Shown: positions 37,951 to 47,963 of the stretch, one piece after another
Position numbering within the stretch: the first letter of the stretch is position 1
How the letters are laid out: the number at the start of each line of letters is the position of its first letter
Assembly: GCA_964545945.1 (NCBI GenBank)
Contig: CAZJID010000001.1
Location: forward strand, 12,543-76,542
Source: an uncultured Dehalococcoidales bacterium
Lineage (GTDB): Bacteria; Chloroflexota; Dehalococcoidia; GIF9; UBA5629
DNA: 64,000 bases
Direction: 5' to 3'
The notes under the pieces: generated by a model
Databases searched by the model: none
Told to the model about the DNA's origin: nothing
What the model saw: the letters and a program-made list of their open reading frames with translations, nothing else
Made by a program: the position numbers and the translations under genes

Positions 37951-38568
37951 ATGAACATCGGTGTACTCGGCGGCACTTTCGACCCTATTCATTTGGCGCA
38001 TCTGGTCATTGCCGAAGAGGCGCAGCTAAGGTTCGGATTTGCTAAAGTCCTGTTTGTCACCGCCGGAAATCCCTGGCTTAAGACGGACAGGAAGATCACG
38101 CCGGCGGCTCATCGCATAGAGATGGTGAAACGGGCTATTTCGGCAAATCCCTACTTTGAACTTTCCACCGTCGAGGTAGACCGTCCCGGGCCCTCTTTAA
38201 GCGTTGATACCGTAGCTATTTTACAGGAGCAGCTGGGTAGCGGTGCTATGCTTTTTTTCCTGGTGGGCTGGGACAGCCTGATTGGACTGCCTCAATGGAA
38301 GGAACCGGAAAGGTTGGTCCGGCTCTGCAAGTTAGTGGCCGTTACCAGACCGGGTTTCAGCCGGCCGGATTTGAAAGCTCTGGAGTCATCTGTACCTGGG
38401 GTTACCCGGAGCGTGGTCTGGCTGGACATACCGCCCATGGATATAAGCTCTTCTGATATAAGGGATAGAGTGGCACAGGGGATGTCCATCCACGGCATGG
38501 TACCCGACGAAGTAGAAAGCTATATAAAGGAAAACAAGCTTTACCGGAAACGGAAGCAAAGGCGGTGA
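37951..38568 (+). CDS. nadD: Nicotinate-nucleotide adenylyltransferase
   Basis: GGTFDPIHLAHL motif. Confidence 0.9.
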   Translation: MNIGVLGGTFDPIHLAHLVIAEEAQLRFGFAKVLFVTAGNPWLKTDRKITPAAHRIEMVKRAISANPYFELSTVEVDRPGPSLSVDTVAILQEQLGSGAMLFFLVGWDSLIGLPQWKEPERLVRLCKLVAVTRPGFSRPDLKALESSVPGVTRSVVWLDIPPMDISSSDIRDRVAQGMSIHGMVPDEVESYIKENKLYRKRKQRR

Positions 38569-38570
38569 AA

Positions 38571-40514
38571 CTAGATATCCAGGTTACGCACGCTTCTGGC
38601 ATGGGCCTGGATAAAAGCCTTCCTTGGGGGGACTTCACTGCCCATAAGCATACTGAATATCCTGTCGGCGGACATGGCATCTTCGATTTCCACGCGGAGC
38701 ATGGTCCTCGATTCCGGGTTCATGGTGGTGTTCCAGAGCTGCTCGGCGCTCATCTCCCCCAAACCTTTATAGCGCTGCATTTCCACCTTTTTCCCTTTTA
38801 GCTCGCCAAGCTTGGCGTCCCTTTCCTTATCCGAGTAGATCCAGAATATTTCTTTACCTGCTTGAATGCGATAAAGGGGTGGCTGAGCGATGTAAATGTG
38901 GCCCTGGCTAATGAGGTCCGCCATATTGCGGTAGAAGAACGTAAGCAGCAGCGTCCGGATGTGAGAGCCGTCGACATCCGCGTCGGTCATAATGATAATA
39001 CGGTGATAGCGCAGCCTCGAGAAATCGATCTGGTCGCCGATTCCGACGCCTACTGCGGTAATGATAGCCCGTATTTCTTCATGGTCCAGGACCTTGTCCT
39101 TGGGGGCTTTTTCTACATTAAGTATTTTGCCACGCAGCGGCAGTATTGCCTGAAAACGCCGGTCCCGGCCCTGCTTGGCCGAACCCCCGGCCGAGTCGCC
39201 TTCAACCAGGAACAGCTCGCACTTGCCGGGATCCGTCTCCGAACAGCTGGCCAGCTTCCCGGGGAGCGTGCCCCCATCCAATCGGGCGCTCTTGAAGATG
39301 AGGTCTCGGGCCTTCCGGGCTGCTTCCCTCGCCTTAGCTGAGACCAGGCATTTATCGATGATAGCCTTGGCGTCATCGGGGTGCTGCTCCAGGTGAACGG
39401 AAAGGCCTTCGGCAACTATGGCTTCTACCTGTGCCTTTATTTCAGGATTGCCCAGTTTGGCTTTGGTCTGTCCCTCGAACTGGGGTTCAACCAGCTTTAC
39501 GCTGATGACCGATGTCAGCCCGTCGCGGACATCATCACCGATCAGATTGGGGTCCGAGTCCTTCAACAGTTTGTTTTTCCGGGCGTAGTCGTTAAGCACC
39601 CGGGTAAGCGCCGAGCGGAAGCCGGTAAGATGGCTGCCGCCGTCTATGGTATTGACGCAGTTGGCGAAGCTGAGTGTGGACTCGGAGAAACCGTCATTGT
39701 ACTGCAGGGCGACCTCGACGACCGTGCTGTTCATAGTGCCGGACATGTAGATTGGCTGACGGTGAAGGACTGTCCGGTCTTTGTTGAATCGGCCGACAAG
39801 GCTGGCAATACCGCCTTCGAAGAAAAACGTTGCCTCCTGGTCGTATCTTTCGTCCTTGAAGCTTATTTCCAGGTTCTTGTTCAGGAAGGCCAGCTCTTTC
39901 AGCCGTTGACGGATGGTATCGAAGTCGTAGTTTATTGTACTGAAGATTTTGCTGTCGGCTAAAAAAGTGGTGGTGGTCCCGGTTTCTTCGGTATTGCCTA
40001 TGACCTCCAATTTTCCGGTTGGGTTACCGCGTTCGTATTTCTGGCAGTAAATTTTTCCGTCGCGTCTAACCTCTGCGTTAAGCCATGCCGATAATGCATT
40101 TACCACCGAAGCGCCGACTCCGTGAAGGCCGCTGGATACCGTATAGGTGCGGCCGCCGAATTTGGCTCCGGCGTGGAGGCGGGTCATCACTGCTTCCAGG
40201 GCTGAAGTATGAGTTATGGGGTGTTTGTCTACAGGTATGCCGCGGCCGTTATCGATAACCGTCACCGAATTATCTTTGTGAATAATTATCTGGGTTTTGT
40301 CGCAGTAGCCGGCCATTGCCTCGTCTATGCTGTTATAGACGATTTCGTAGACCAGGTGGTGCAGACCGTGCTCGTCGGTGCTGCCGATGTACATACCCGG
40401 GCGGCGCCTAACCGCCTCGAGCCCGTCCAGGACACGGATATCCTCGGCGGTATACTCTGCTTGTACGTTGTTGTTATTGTGGTTGATATTGTTGTTGTTT
40501 TGTTTTTTCGGCAT
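38571..40514 (-). CDS. gyrB: DNA gyrase subunit B with Asn-rich N-terminal extension
   Basis: VLDGLEAVRRRPGMYIGS; GHKL ATPase motifs; Toprim EGDSAGG; 647 aa. Confidence 0.95.
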   Translation of the reverse strand: MPKKQNNNNINHNNNNVQAEYTAEDIRVLDGLEAVRRRPGMYIGSTDEHGLHHLVYEIVYNSIDEAMAGYCDKTQIIIHKDNSVTVIDNGRGIPVDKHPITHTSALEAVMTRLHAGAKFGGRTYTVSSGLHGVGASVVNALSAWLNAEVRRDGKIYCQKYERGNPTGKLEVIGNTEETGTTTTFLADSKIFSTINYDFDTIRQRLKELAFLNKNLEISFKDERYDQEATFFFEGGIASLVGRFNKDRTVLHRQPIYMSGTMNSTVVEVALQYNDGFSESTLSFANCVNTIDGGSHLTGFRSALTRVLNDYARKNKLLKDSDPNLIGDDVRDGLTSVISVKLVEPQFEGQTKAKLGNPEIKAQVEAIVAEGLSVHLEQHPDDAKAIIDKCLVSAKAREAARKARDLIFKSARLDGGTLPGKLASCSETDPGKCELFLVEGDSAGGSAKQGRDRRFQAILPLRGKILNVEKAPKDKVLDHEEIRAIITAVGVGIGDQIDFSRLRYHRIIIMTDADVDGSHIRTLLLTFFYRNMADLISQGHIYIAQPPLYRIQAGKEIFWIYSDKERDAKLGELKGKKVEMQRYKGLGEMSAEQLWNTTMNPESRTMLRVEIEDAMSADRIFSMLMGSEVPPRKAFIQAHARSVRNLDI

Positions 40515-40731
40515 GACTACATAAAACCGCTAAAATTATGGTGATTCATCGGAAACTTTAGATTGGACATAAAGGAGCCGCAGACAATCTTGAAATCCCA
40601 TATTTAGTGCCTGGCAGTCCCATATGTACAAGGGATTGCATTGACTGTATTTTACCACATTTTGCGGAAAAAATCGAAAGTCAAGTATGTTCTAGGCAGC
40701 TTCCGCCTTTGAAAAAGAGGGATTTTCTAAT

Positions 40732-41025
40732 CTAATGCCAGCTATCGTGCACTCTGGCGGCATCGAGAAGCTTGAAGATGCTCGGCCCCTTGAGGTCGGT
40801 GGAGGCGCAGTCGCCCGTGTCGAAGCGGCTGCAGACGGTGCAGGTCACGCTATATTTATTTGCCTCGCTTATATTTACGAACAGGTCGCAGTCCTCGGCG
40901 CTGCGGTCGAACCATTCTTCCAGGAGTTCAGCGATCTGCGGGTAATGCGTTCTAAAGCTTCTGGAACTCAAGAAAACGAAGTCGGTGGTATCATCCGGCG
41001 GATAGTAAATGCGCAATTTAACCAC
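40732..41025 (-). CDS. Hypothetical Cys-containing small protein (last gene of the Fe-S operon)
   Basis: 97-aa ORF overlapping the upstream gene end by 8 nt; the opposite-strand ORF 40735-41097 is treated as spurious. Confidence 0.4.
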   Translation of the reverse strand: MVKLRIYYPPDDTTDFVFLSSRSFRTHYPQIAELLEEWFDRSAEDCDLFVNISEANKYSVTCTVCSRFDTGDCASTDLKGPSIFKLLDAARVHDSWH

Positions 41026-41611
41026 CCGGCTTTATGGATATACAGAATTCACACATGCCGTCTTTTGGCATTGCCTTCGGCATGTCGATGTTTATGAGGT
41101 CGCCGGTCTTGTCCGCCGCCGTCTCGAAACCGGCAAAACAGAATCCTTTACAGGGCAGCCCCTTAACATCGGCCTCGTTAAGCGCCTTATATATGGAACA
41201 GGCGGATACCTGGAGCACCAGCTCTCCGGGGGTTGCCCGGGTTATGTTCCATCGATCTGTAGGTCTGAGGCCGAAAATGGACAGTTCGATATATCTCCCT
41301 AACCGGTGCGGAAAGGAAATGCCCGTCTGCTTATACACCTTCTCGATCATCTCGCCGGTACGGTCCATGTATTTACCGTCGGCCAGCTCGATGGTTAGCT
41401 TCATCAAATCCCTGCCCACCACCTCGATCGTTTTATACGCCTCCTTCTCTTCTTTGCCCTGCAGGCTCCCGGCAATAGTCCCGATATCGAATTTCCCGGT
41501 GATTTCCTCTACCAGGCCTTTATCGGCATCGAAGAGCAGGGCTTTGCCCGGCTCTTCCAGGGTCATCAATCTTTCCTTTAATATCTTGCCGTATTTCCAG
41601 CCTGTGGTCAT
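41018..41611 (-). CDS. Hypothetical protein with C-terminal Cys cluster (CKGFCFAGF ... CEFC)
   Basis: 197-aa ORF; translationally coupled (ATGA overlap) to the upstream ferredoxin gene. Confidence 0.5.
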   Translation of the reverse strand: MTTGWKYGKILKERLMTLEEPGKALLFDADKGLVEEITGKFDIGTIAGSLQGKEEKEAYKTIEVVGRDLMKLTIELADGKYMDRTGEMIEKVYKQTGISFPHRLGRYIELSIFGLRPTDRWNITRATPGELVLQVSACSIYKALNEADVKGLPCKGFCFAGFETAADKTGDLINIDMPKAMPKDGMCEFCISIKPGG

Positions 41612-41859
41612 TTTTCTCCTCCGTCGAAGCTTACCCGGATGGCACTTTGCGGGCAGGTGCTAACGCAGTCCATGCAGCCGCTGCATTTTTCGAAGCGTAC
41701 GCCGGCCACGATGAACTGGTCTTCATCTATTTCCTTGAACTTGCGGGGGCCTACCTTGGTGCCAAGGCCTAAGACATGGGTCGGGCATATAAGGAGACAC
41801 TTGCGGCAGTTGAGCGGGTTAAGGCATTTTTCATAGTCTACGGTTATGGTCGGCAGCAT
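41608..41859 (-). CDS. 2x[4Fe-4S] ferredoxin
   Basis: CRKCLLICP and CSGCMDCVSTCP motifs; 83 aa. Confidence 0.8.
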   Translation of the reverse strand: MLPTITVDYEKCLNPLNCRKCLLICPTHVLGLGTKVGPRKFKEIDEDQFIVAGVRFEKCSGCMDCVSTCPQSAIRVSFDGGEK

Positions 41860-41882
41860 TTCTCATTCCTCTCTATGAATTC

Positions 41883-42713
41883 CTACCATACATTGGCCAG
41901 CGCCGGCAGGCTGGCCCTTTCCACCAGGCTGATGGCTTCCTGAGGGCATTCCGTGGCGCAAAGCCCGCAGCCGAAGCACTGGAACTGGTCGATATAAGCC
42001 TTGTTCTGGGTGGCGGAGAAGCTCAAGGCCTTGAACTGGCAGCGTTGAATGCACGAGGCGCAGCCGCTGCAGAGCTCGTTATCGACGCGGGCGACGTAGT
42101 GCCCCTTCCACAGGAACTGTACGCCCTGGTCGATGGTGGTTCTGATAGCGCTGCAGTCGGGGTAGTCGCAGTTGCAGATGCCGCCTATATAAGGTGTGCC
42201 GAAGGTGAACAGTGTTTGCACCAGCCCTCTCTTGTTCATCTTGGTCACGGCATCTTTGGCTTCATCCGGGGTCAGGAACTGGATACCGCCGCGGTAGGTT
42301 TCCGGCCATCTTTCCCACTTATACATTCCCGGCCCCATGCCCATGCACGTGAAGTTCTCTTCGTCGGGCAGTCCGAGCATAGAGCGGCGGCAGGCGCAGG
42401 TCATGAGCGCGATGGGGTAGATGATATCGATGACCTTCAGCGTTTCCTCAAGGGTGACGACCTGGCCGAAATGTACCTTCCAGGCAAGCTGCTCTATATC
42501 GTTTCTCTTCTTGGCGATGGCCTCATGGTCTTTTCTGTCCAGGGCTTCTATGAAATCCCGGGTTACCAGGGACATTCCGCCGGGGACGATTGGTTTGGGC
42601 TGTATCTCCGGCCCCTCTTCCCTCCTTATTTTGTAGAGCTTTCTGGCGTAGTTGGCGGGATTAAAGTACCATCTGGGGTAGCCTTCGGCATATAGTTCGC
42701 ACCACTTGCACAT
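41883..42713 (-). CDS. Uncharacterised iron-sulfur protein (N-terminal CxxC and CAC motifs, C-terminal 2x[4Fe-4S] ferredoxin domain)
   Basis: CSGCASCIQRC ... CFGCGLCATECP; 276 aa; first gene of a four-gene operon. Confidence 0.6.
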   Translation of the reverse strand: MCKWCELYAEGYPRWYFNPANYARKLYKIRREEGPEIQPKPIVPGGMSLVTRDFIEALDRKDHEAIAKKRNDIEQLAWKVHFGQVVTLEETLKVIDIIYPIALMTCACRRSMLGLPDEENFTCMGMGPGMYKWERWPETYRGGIQFLTPDEAKDAVTKMNKRGLVQTLFTFGTPYIGGICNCDYPDCSAIRTTIDQGVQFLWKGHYVARVDNELCSGCASCIQRCQFKALSFSATQNKAYIDQFQCFGCGLCATECPQEAISLVERASLPALANVW

Positions 42714-42798
42714 GGACCTTGCCTTTCCTTATAATTCGTGGCTCTTTCTCGTCAGACCCTGCATAGTCTAGGCAGGTTAGGAGAAATTGTCAAACGTA

Positions 42799-42827
42799 TT
42801 GACTTTGTTGTATACTTGTGTTATATT
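42799..42827 (+). promoter_or_regulatory. Sigma70-type promoter of the str operon (TTGACT - 17 nt - TATATT), followed by an about 150-nt leader
   Basis: Hexamers and spacing seen directly. Confidence 0.5.
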
Positions 42828-42978
42828 GCGCATTTGTGTCTACTAGCCATTAGTCTGGGTCCGAAAAACCTGATTAAGCCGGCTGGTTGAACCGGGCGAA
42901 AACCTTTTGGGCAAGTAGCCCGATGGACAACTAGGTGGCTTTTTAATTGTAAAGACATAAAAATAATAAGGAATAAGT

Positions 42979-43464
42979 ATGCCAACTGTTAATCAATTAG
43001 TCAGAAAGGGAAGGCGGAAGCAATCGAGGAAGACGAAAGCTCCCGCTCTGGGCATTAGCTACAATACGCTGAAGAACGTAGTCAGGCGGGATGCCAGGTC
43101 GCCGCAGAAGCGCGGCGTTTGCGTCCAGGTAAAGACAATGACGCCGAAGAAACCGAATTCGGCTTTGCGCAAAATCGCCCGTGTGCGGCTGACCAACGGT
43201 ATCGAAGTCACGGCTTACATACCGGGCGAAGGTCATAATTTACAGGAGCACTCGGTGGTGCTTATACGCGGCGGCAGGGTTAAGGACCTGCCCGGCGTCA
43301 GATATCACATAGTACGCGGCGCTCTGGATACCGGCGGGGTGGAAAACAGACGGCAGGGGCGGAGCAAGTACGGCGCCAAGAAGGGTAGAGCGGTGAGGAT
43401 TGCCGGCGGAGGAGGGCTCGCGGCTCCAGCGGAGCCGGCGGAGCCAGTGGGGGGAGAGGAATAA
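42979..43464 (+). CDS. rpsL: 30S ribosomal protein S12, with an about 25-aa Gly/Ala/Pro/Glu-rich C-terminal extension
   Basis: [12 protein letters not shown] ... PNSALRK ... conserved S12 core; canonical end KYGAKK followed by extra [26 protein letters not shown]. Confidence 0.9.
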   Translation: MPTVNQLVRKGRRKQSRKTKAPALGISYNTLKNVVRRDARSPQKRGVCVQVKTMTPKKPNSALRKIARVRLTNGIEVTAYIPGEGHNLQEHSVVLIRGGRVKDLPGVRYHIVRGALDTGGVENRRQGRSKYGAKKGRAVRIAGGGGLAAPAEPAEPVGGEE

Positions 43465-43935
43465 ATGCCCCGTCGAGCTAGAGTACCTACCAGACCAAAA
43501 GACCCCGACTCGAAATACGGAAGCGTCATCGTCTCCATTCTTATCAACAAAATTATGTTCGGCGGCAGGAAAGCTACGGCCGAACGTGTTATTTATGACG
43601 CGATGGATATAGTCGGTCAGAAGTTAAGTACGGAACCGTTGCCCGTCCTGGAGCAGGCATTGAAAAACGCCACACCGGTGCTTCAAGTGAAGTCCCGTCG
43701 TGTCGGTGGCGCCACTTATCAGGTACCGGTTGAAGTCGACCCCGACCGGGGGCTGTCACTGGCCATGCGCTGGATAATTAGCTTTGCCAGGGCTCGAGGC
43801 GGCAAGTCGATGGCGGAAAAATTGGCGGCCGAGCTTATTGACGCTTCACAGGGCCAGGGGGCAAGCATTAAAAAGCGTCAGGACACTCACAAGATGGCCG
43901 AGGCAAATAAAGCTTTTGCTCACTATCGATGGTAA
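43465..43935 (+). CDS. rpsG: 30S ribosomal protein S7
   Basis: [21 protein letters not shown]-terminus. Confidence 0.95.
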   Translation: MPRRARVPTRPKDPDSKYGSVIVSILINKIMFGGRKATAERVIYDAMDIVGQKLSTEPLPVLEQALKNATPVLQVKSRRVGGATYQVPVEVDPDRGLSLAMRWIISFARARGGKSMAEKLAAELIDASQGQGASIKKRQDTHKMAEANKAFAHYRW

Positions 43936-43994
43936 TTACAGCAGGAATTAAATCCCAACAGCCTAAAAAGGCTGTTGGGCCAGGAAACAATGTC

Positions 43995-46067
43995 ATGAGC
44001 CGGACTTTCCCATTAGATAAAGTGCGGAATATCGGCATCATCGCCCATATCGATGCCGGTAAGACCACCGTTACCGAGAGAATTTTATTTTATACGGGGC
44101 GGACCTACAAGGTCGGCGAGGTGGATGAGGGGACAGCGGTTATGGACTGGATGGCACAGGAGAGAGAGAGGGGGATTACTATCACAGCCGCCGCCACCAC
44201 CTGTCACTGGCAGGACCACCGCATAAATATAATCGATACTCCGGGACACGTTGATTTTACGGCTGAGGTCGAGCGCAGCCTTCGCGTACTTGACGGCGGC
44301 GTAGTGGTGCTCGATGCAGTGGCCGGAGTGGAGGCGCAATCAGAGACCGTATGGCGTCAGGCCGATAGATATAAAGTGCCCCGGATTTGCTTTATCAATA
44401 AGATGGACAGAGTTGGGGCTGATTTTTACCATACAGTGGATATGATCGAGGAGCGCCTGCGGGCCAAGGCTATACCTCTGCAATCTCCCATCGGCAGGGA
44501 AAATCAATTTAGGGGGATAGTGGATTTAGTAGAAAACAAAGCCTGGTTGTTTTCCGACGATGTTAACGTCCCGCCGGAGGAAGCTCTGGTTCCGGAAGAG
44601 GAGAGAGAAGGAGCAGCCGTGCGCCGGCAGTCGATGATCGAGCGGCTGGCTGAGAATGATGACCATTTGATGCTACTTTATGTGGAAGGTAAAGAAATCG
44701 GTAGCGAGCAGATTAAGGCTGCCGTGAGAAGGTTGACCCTGGCAAATCGCATCGTGCCGGTGTTTTGCGGCACGGCGTTGAAGAATAAAGGAATACAGCG
44801 CCTGCTGGATGCCGTTGTAGATTATCTGCCTTCGCCATCGGACGTACCACCGGTCAGCGTTATCGATTTGAAGACAGGCGAGACGGACGTTATGCCACCG
44901 AGCGATGACGCTCCGTTTTCAGCTCTGGCTTTTAAAGTGGTTGCCGACCCGTTCATGGGTCGGCTCGTTTATTTTCGCGTTTATTCGGGTAAAATCCAGG
45001 CGGGGAAACAGTTCCTTAACTCAAGTAAAGGACGCAAGGAACGCCTGGGCAGGTTGATTCTTATGCATGCCAACCGCCGGGAGGAGATCGAAGAGGCTGA
45101 TACGGGCAGTATTGCCGCTACGCTGGGGTTGAAGGAGACCTTTACCGGGGATACTTTATGTGACCCGGCGAAACCCGTTCTTTTGGAAGCCATACGTTTC
45201 CCCGAGCCGGTGCTATCGATGGTCGTAGAGCCGAAGAGCAAGGCCGACCAAGATAAACTCGGTGAAGCTATGAACAAGCTTTCGGAAGAAGACCCCACCT
45301 TCAAAGTGCGCTCAGACGCGGAAACGGGACAGACTCTCATTTCGGGCATGGGCGAATTGCACCTGGAGGTCTTGATAGACCGCATGCTGCGCGAATTTAA
45401 CGTTAAGGTAAACGTTGGCAAGCCGCAGGTAGCTTATAAGGAGACAATTACCGTACCAGCTGAAGTAGAAGGCAGATTTATACGCCAGTTCGGTGGCCAT
45501 GGACAGTATGGCCACGTATGGCTGAAGGTCGAGCCGGGCGAAAGGGGCAGCGGCTTCAGGTTCGTTGACCAAATACGCGGCGGAGACATACCCAAGGAGT
45601 ATATTCCGGCGGTTGAAGCCGGTGTCAAAGAAGCTCTGGAAAGCGGCGCCGTCGCCGGCTATCCTATTGTAGATATCAAAGCGACTCTGTTTGACGGAAG
45701 CTTCCACGAGGTGGACTCCTCCGATTTAGCTTTTAAAATGGCCGGTTCAATTGCCCTCAAAGAAGGTGTGCGTAAGGCTAATCCCATAATCCTGGAGCCC
45801 ATTATGAGGTTAGAGGTGGTGATGCCGGCCCAATTCCTGGGCGATGTCATCGGAGACCTCAATTCTAGGAGGGGCCACGTCGACGGCATCGAGACCCACG
45901 GTGAAACGTGCGTGGTCCGGGCTCTGGTGCCTCTGGCTGAGATTTTTGGTTATGCCACTATTCTAAGGTCACTAAGCCAGGGCCGAGCGACTTACTCACT
46001 TGAATTCCACTCTTACAGAGAGTTACCGGCTAATCTTGCTGAACAGATAGGGGCCAGAGGTAAATAA
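43995..46067 (+). CDS. fusA: Elongation factor G
   Basis: [15 protein letters not shown]1 motif; start trimmed to ATG 43995 (MSRTF). Confidence 0.95.
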   Translation: MSRTFPLDKVRNIGIIAHIDAGKTTVTERILFYTGRTYKVGEVDEGTAVMDWMAQERERGITITAAATTCHWQDHRINIIDTPGHVDFTAEVERSLRVLDGGVVVLDAVAGVEAQSETVWRQADRYKVPRICFINKMDRVGADFYHTVDMIEERLRAKAIPLQSPIGRENQFRGIVDLVENKAWLFSDDVNVPPEEALVPEEEREGAAVRRQSMIERLAENDDHLMLLYVEGKEIGSEQIKAAVRRLTLANRIVPVFCGTALKNKGIQRLLDAVVDYLPSPSDVPPVSVIDLKTGETDVMPPSDDAPFSALAFKVVADPFMGRLVYFRVYSGKIQAGKQFLNSSKGRKERLGRLILMHANRREEIEEADTGSIAATLGLKETFTGDTLCDPAKPVLLEAIRFPEPVLSMVVEPKSKADQDKLGEAMNKLSEEDPTFKVRSDAETGQTLISGMGELHLEVLIDRMLREFNVKVNVGKPQVAYKETITVPAEVEGRFIRQFGGHGQYGHVWLKVEPGERGSGFRFVDQIRGGDIPKEYIPAVEAGVKEALESGAVAGYPIVDIKATLFDGSFHEVDSSDLAFKMAGSIALKEGVRKANPIILEPIMRLEVVMPAQFLGDVIGDLNSRRGHVDGIETHGETCVVRALVPLAEIFGYATILRSLSQGRATYSLEFHSYRELPANLAEQIGARGK

Positions 46068-46376
46068 ATGCCTAAACAAAAGATTCGCATTAAACTCAAG
46101 GGATACGACCACAGGCTGGTTGACCAGTCCGTGGAGCAAATTGTAGAGACCGCGGAGCGCACCGGCGCCGTTGTAATCGGCCCGGTACCGCTGCCCACTC
46201 AAATCGAGAAATTCTGCGTTATTCGCTCGCCTCACATCGACAAGGACTCGAGGGAACAGTTTGAGATTCGCACACACAAGCGCCTTATCGATATACTGGG
46301 TCCCACTTCCAAAACTATAGATGCATTGACTCAACTCCAGTTGCCATCGGGAGTAGAAATAGATATCAGGTTATAA
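46068..46376 (+). CDS. rpsJ: 30S ribosomal protein S10
   Basis: [19 protein letters not shown]. Confidence 0.95.
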   Translation: MPKQKIRIKLKGYDHRLVDQSVEQIVETAERTGAVVIGPVPLPTQIEKFCVIRSPHIDKDSREQFEIRTHKRLIDILGPTSKTIDALTQLQLPSGVEIDIRL

Positions 46377-46384
46377 ATAATCAA

Positions 46385-47002
46385 ATGATTCAAGGTTTAA
46401 TCGGCAGAAAAATAGGAATGACACAGCTTTTCCAAGATGAAGGAGAAGTGGTGGTCACGGCCATTGAAGCCGGTCCCTGCTTTATTACGCAGGTAAAGAC
46501 CGAAACTAAAGATGGTTACAATGCCGTTCAGCTAGCTTTCGGAGAAGCCAAAAAGCTCAGCTCTCCGAAAAAGGGCCAGGTAAAGGAAGTAGGCCAGCTG
46601 AAACATTTACGGGAATTTCATGTTGAAGATGTCAGTTCTGTTAAAGTAGGACAGAAGGTTGATGCCGATATGTTTAAGCCCGGCGATATAATTAGTGTTA
46701 CCGGCCTATCCAAAGGTAAGGGTTTTGCCGGTGTGGTCAAGCGCCATCATTTTGCGGGCGGGCCCAAGACGCACGGACAGTCGGACCGCCACCGAGCTCC
46801 AGGATCAATCGGCGCCACTACCTCTCCGGGACGCGTATTTAAAGGGTTGCGCATGGCCGGGCATATGGGGGACAGGCGGGTGACGGTTCGTAATTTGAAG
46901 ATTGTCAATGTAGATTTGGAGCGGCACCTGTTGCTGGTGCGGGGTGCTGTGCCCGGTGCCAGGAAAGGACTGTTGCTCATTAAAAAGGCAGGCGGGGGAT
47001 GA
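46385..47002 (+). CDS. rplC: 50S ribosomal protein L3
   Basis: GLIGRKIGMTQLF N-terminus. Confidence 0.95.
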   Translation: MIQGLIGRKIGMTQLFQDEGEVVVTAIEAGPCFITQVKTETKDGYNAVQLAFGEAKKLSSPKKGQVKEVGQLKHLREFHVEDVSSVKVGQKVDADMFKPGDIISVTGLSKGKGFAGVVKRHHFAGGPKTHGQSDRHRAPGSIGATTSPGRVFKGLRMAGHMGDRRVTVRNLKIVNVDLERHLLLVRGAVPGARKGLLLIKKAGGG

Positions 47003-47646
47003 AAATCCAGGTTTATGATTTGAATGGACAGGCAAAGAAACAGATAGACATCAGCGATGCCGTCTTCGCCGTTCCATTTAACGAAGCCGTGGTGCACCAG
47101 GCGCTGGTCAGGCAACTGGCCGATAAGCGTTTGGGCACTGCGGATACGAAAAAGAGAGGCGAGGTCAGAGGCACCAGCAAGAAATCGCACGCCCAAAAAC
47201 ATACGGGGAGGGCTCGCCGCGGTGACTTGAGGTCTCCGATGCTCAAAGGGGGAGGAGTAGCTTTTGGCCCTCATCCCAGGAGCTATCGTAAGGCTATGCC
47301 CAAAAAGATGCGCCGCCTGGCTTTGAAATGCGTTCTTTCCGATAAAGCGGGCAGCGGAAATATGAAAATTGTAGATAAACTGGGGTTCGACAGCTTGAAA
47401 ACCAGGGCGGTGCAGGATATGCTTATAGCACTGGGTATCGGCGATTCTGTAATCATCGCCCCTGCCGAAGCCCAGGCCAATCTGTTTATATCGGCGGGTA
47501 ATCTGGCCGGTGTTAAAACGATTCCGGCATCTTTGCTCAATGTCGCTGAATTGTTGACCTATAAAGTTATACTGATGGATGTCGATGCTATTCGGAAGGT
47601 TGAAGAAATCTGGGGCGAAAAGTCAGTTGGGGAGGCTGTGGCCTGA
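46999..47646 (+). CDS. rplD: 50S ribosomal protein L4
   Basis: Position and sequence (KRGEVRGTSKKSHAQKHTGRARRG). Confidence 0.9.
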   Translation: MKIQVYDLNGQAKKQIDISDAVFAVPFNEAVVHQALVRQLADKRLGTADTKKRGEVRGTSKKSHAQKHTGRARRGDLRSPMLKGGGVAFGPHPRSYRKAMPKKMRRLALKCVLSDKAGSGNMKIVDKLGFDSLKTRAVQDMLIALGIGDSVIIAPAEAQANLFISAGNLAGVKTIPASLLNVAELLTYKVILMDVDAIRKVEEIWGEKSVGEAVA

Positions 47647-47659
47647 AAAAGGCTAAACC

Positions 47660-47944
47660 ATGCATCCTTATCAAGTAGTAAAAAGGCCTTTAATCACTGA
47701 GAAGGCTACCATTATGAAAGAGCGAAACAAGTACGCCTTCGAAGTGGCGAAAGCGGCCAACAAGCAGCAGGTTAAGGAGGCTGTGGAAGAAGCTTTCAAG
47801 GTCAGTGTGGTCAAAGTAACGGTTATGAGTGTACCAGGGAAAGTGACGAGAATAGGCCGGCGAGAAGTACTGACACCTGTTTGGAAAAAGGCGATTGTTA
47901 CGCTGGCGCCGGGAGATAAGATAGAGTTCTTCGAGGGAGTTTAA
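47660..47944 (+). CDS. rplW: 50S ribosomal protein L23
   Basis: VKRPLITEKAT N-terminus. Confidence 0.9.
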   Translation: MHPYQVVKRPLITEKATIMKERNKYAFEVAKAANKQQVKEAVEEAFKVSVVKVTVMSVPGKVTRIGRREVLTPVWKKAIVTLAPGDKIEFFEGV

Positions 47945-47963
47945 TTTAAGTAGAGGAATTGAA

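Noticed and set aside
40735-41097. 120-aa plus-strand ORF overlapping the 97-aa and 197-aa minus-strand genes
   Set aside because: The minus-strand genes are translationally coupled to the upstream ferredoxin operon; the plus-strand ORF is Ala/Gly-rich with no support.
43929-43994. Extended fusA start at 43929 ([14 protein letters not shown]...)
   Set aside because: It overlaps the rpsG stop region. EF-G homology and the canonical N-terminus ([25 protein letters not shown]) begin at ATG 43995.
46695-47540. ORFs 46747-47274(-), 46805-47035(-), 47013-47246(-) and 47283-47540(-) inside rplC/rplD
   Set aside because: Antisense to universally conserved r-protein genes.
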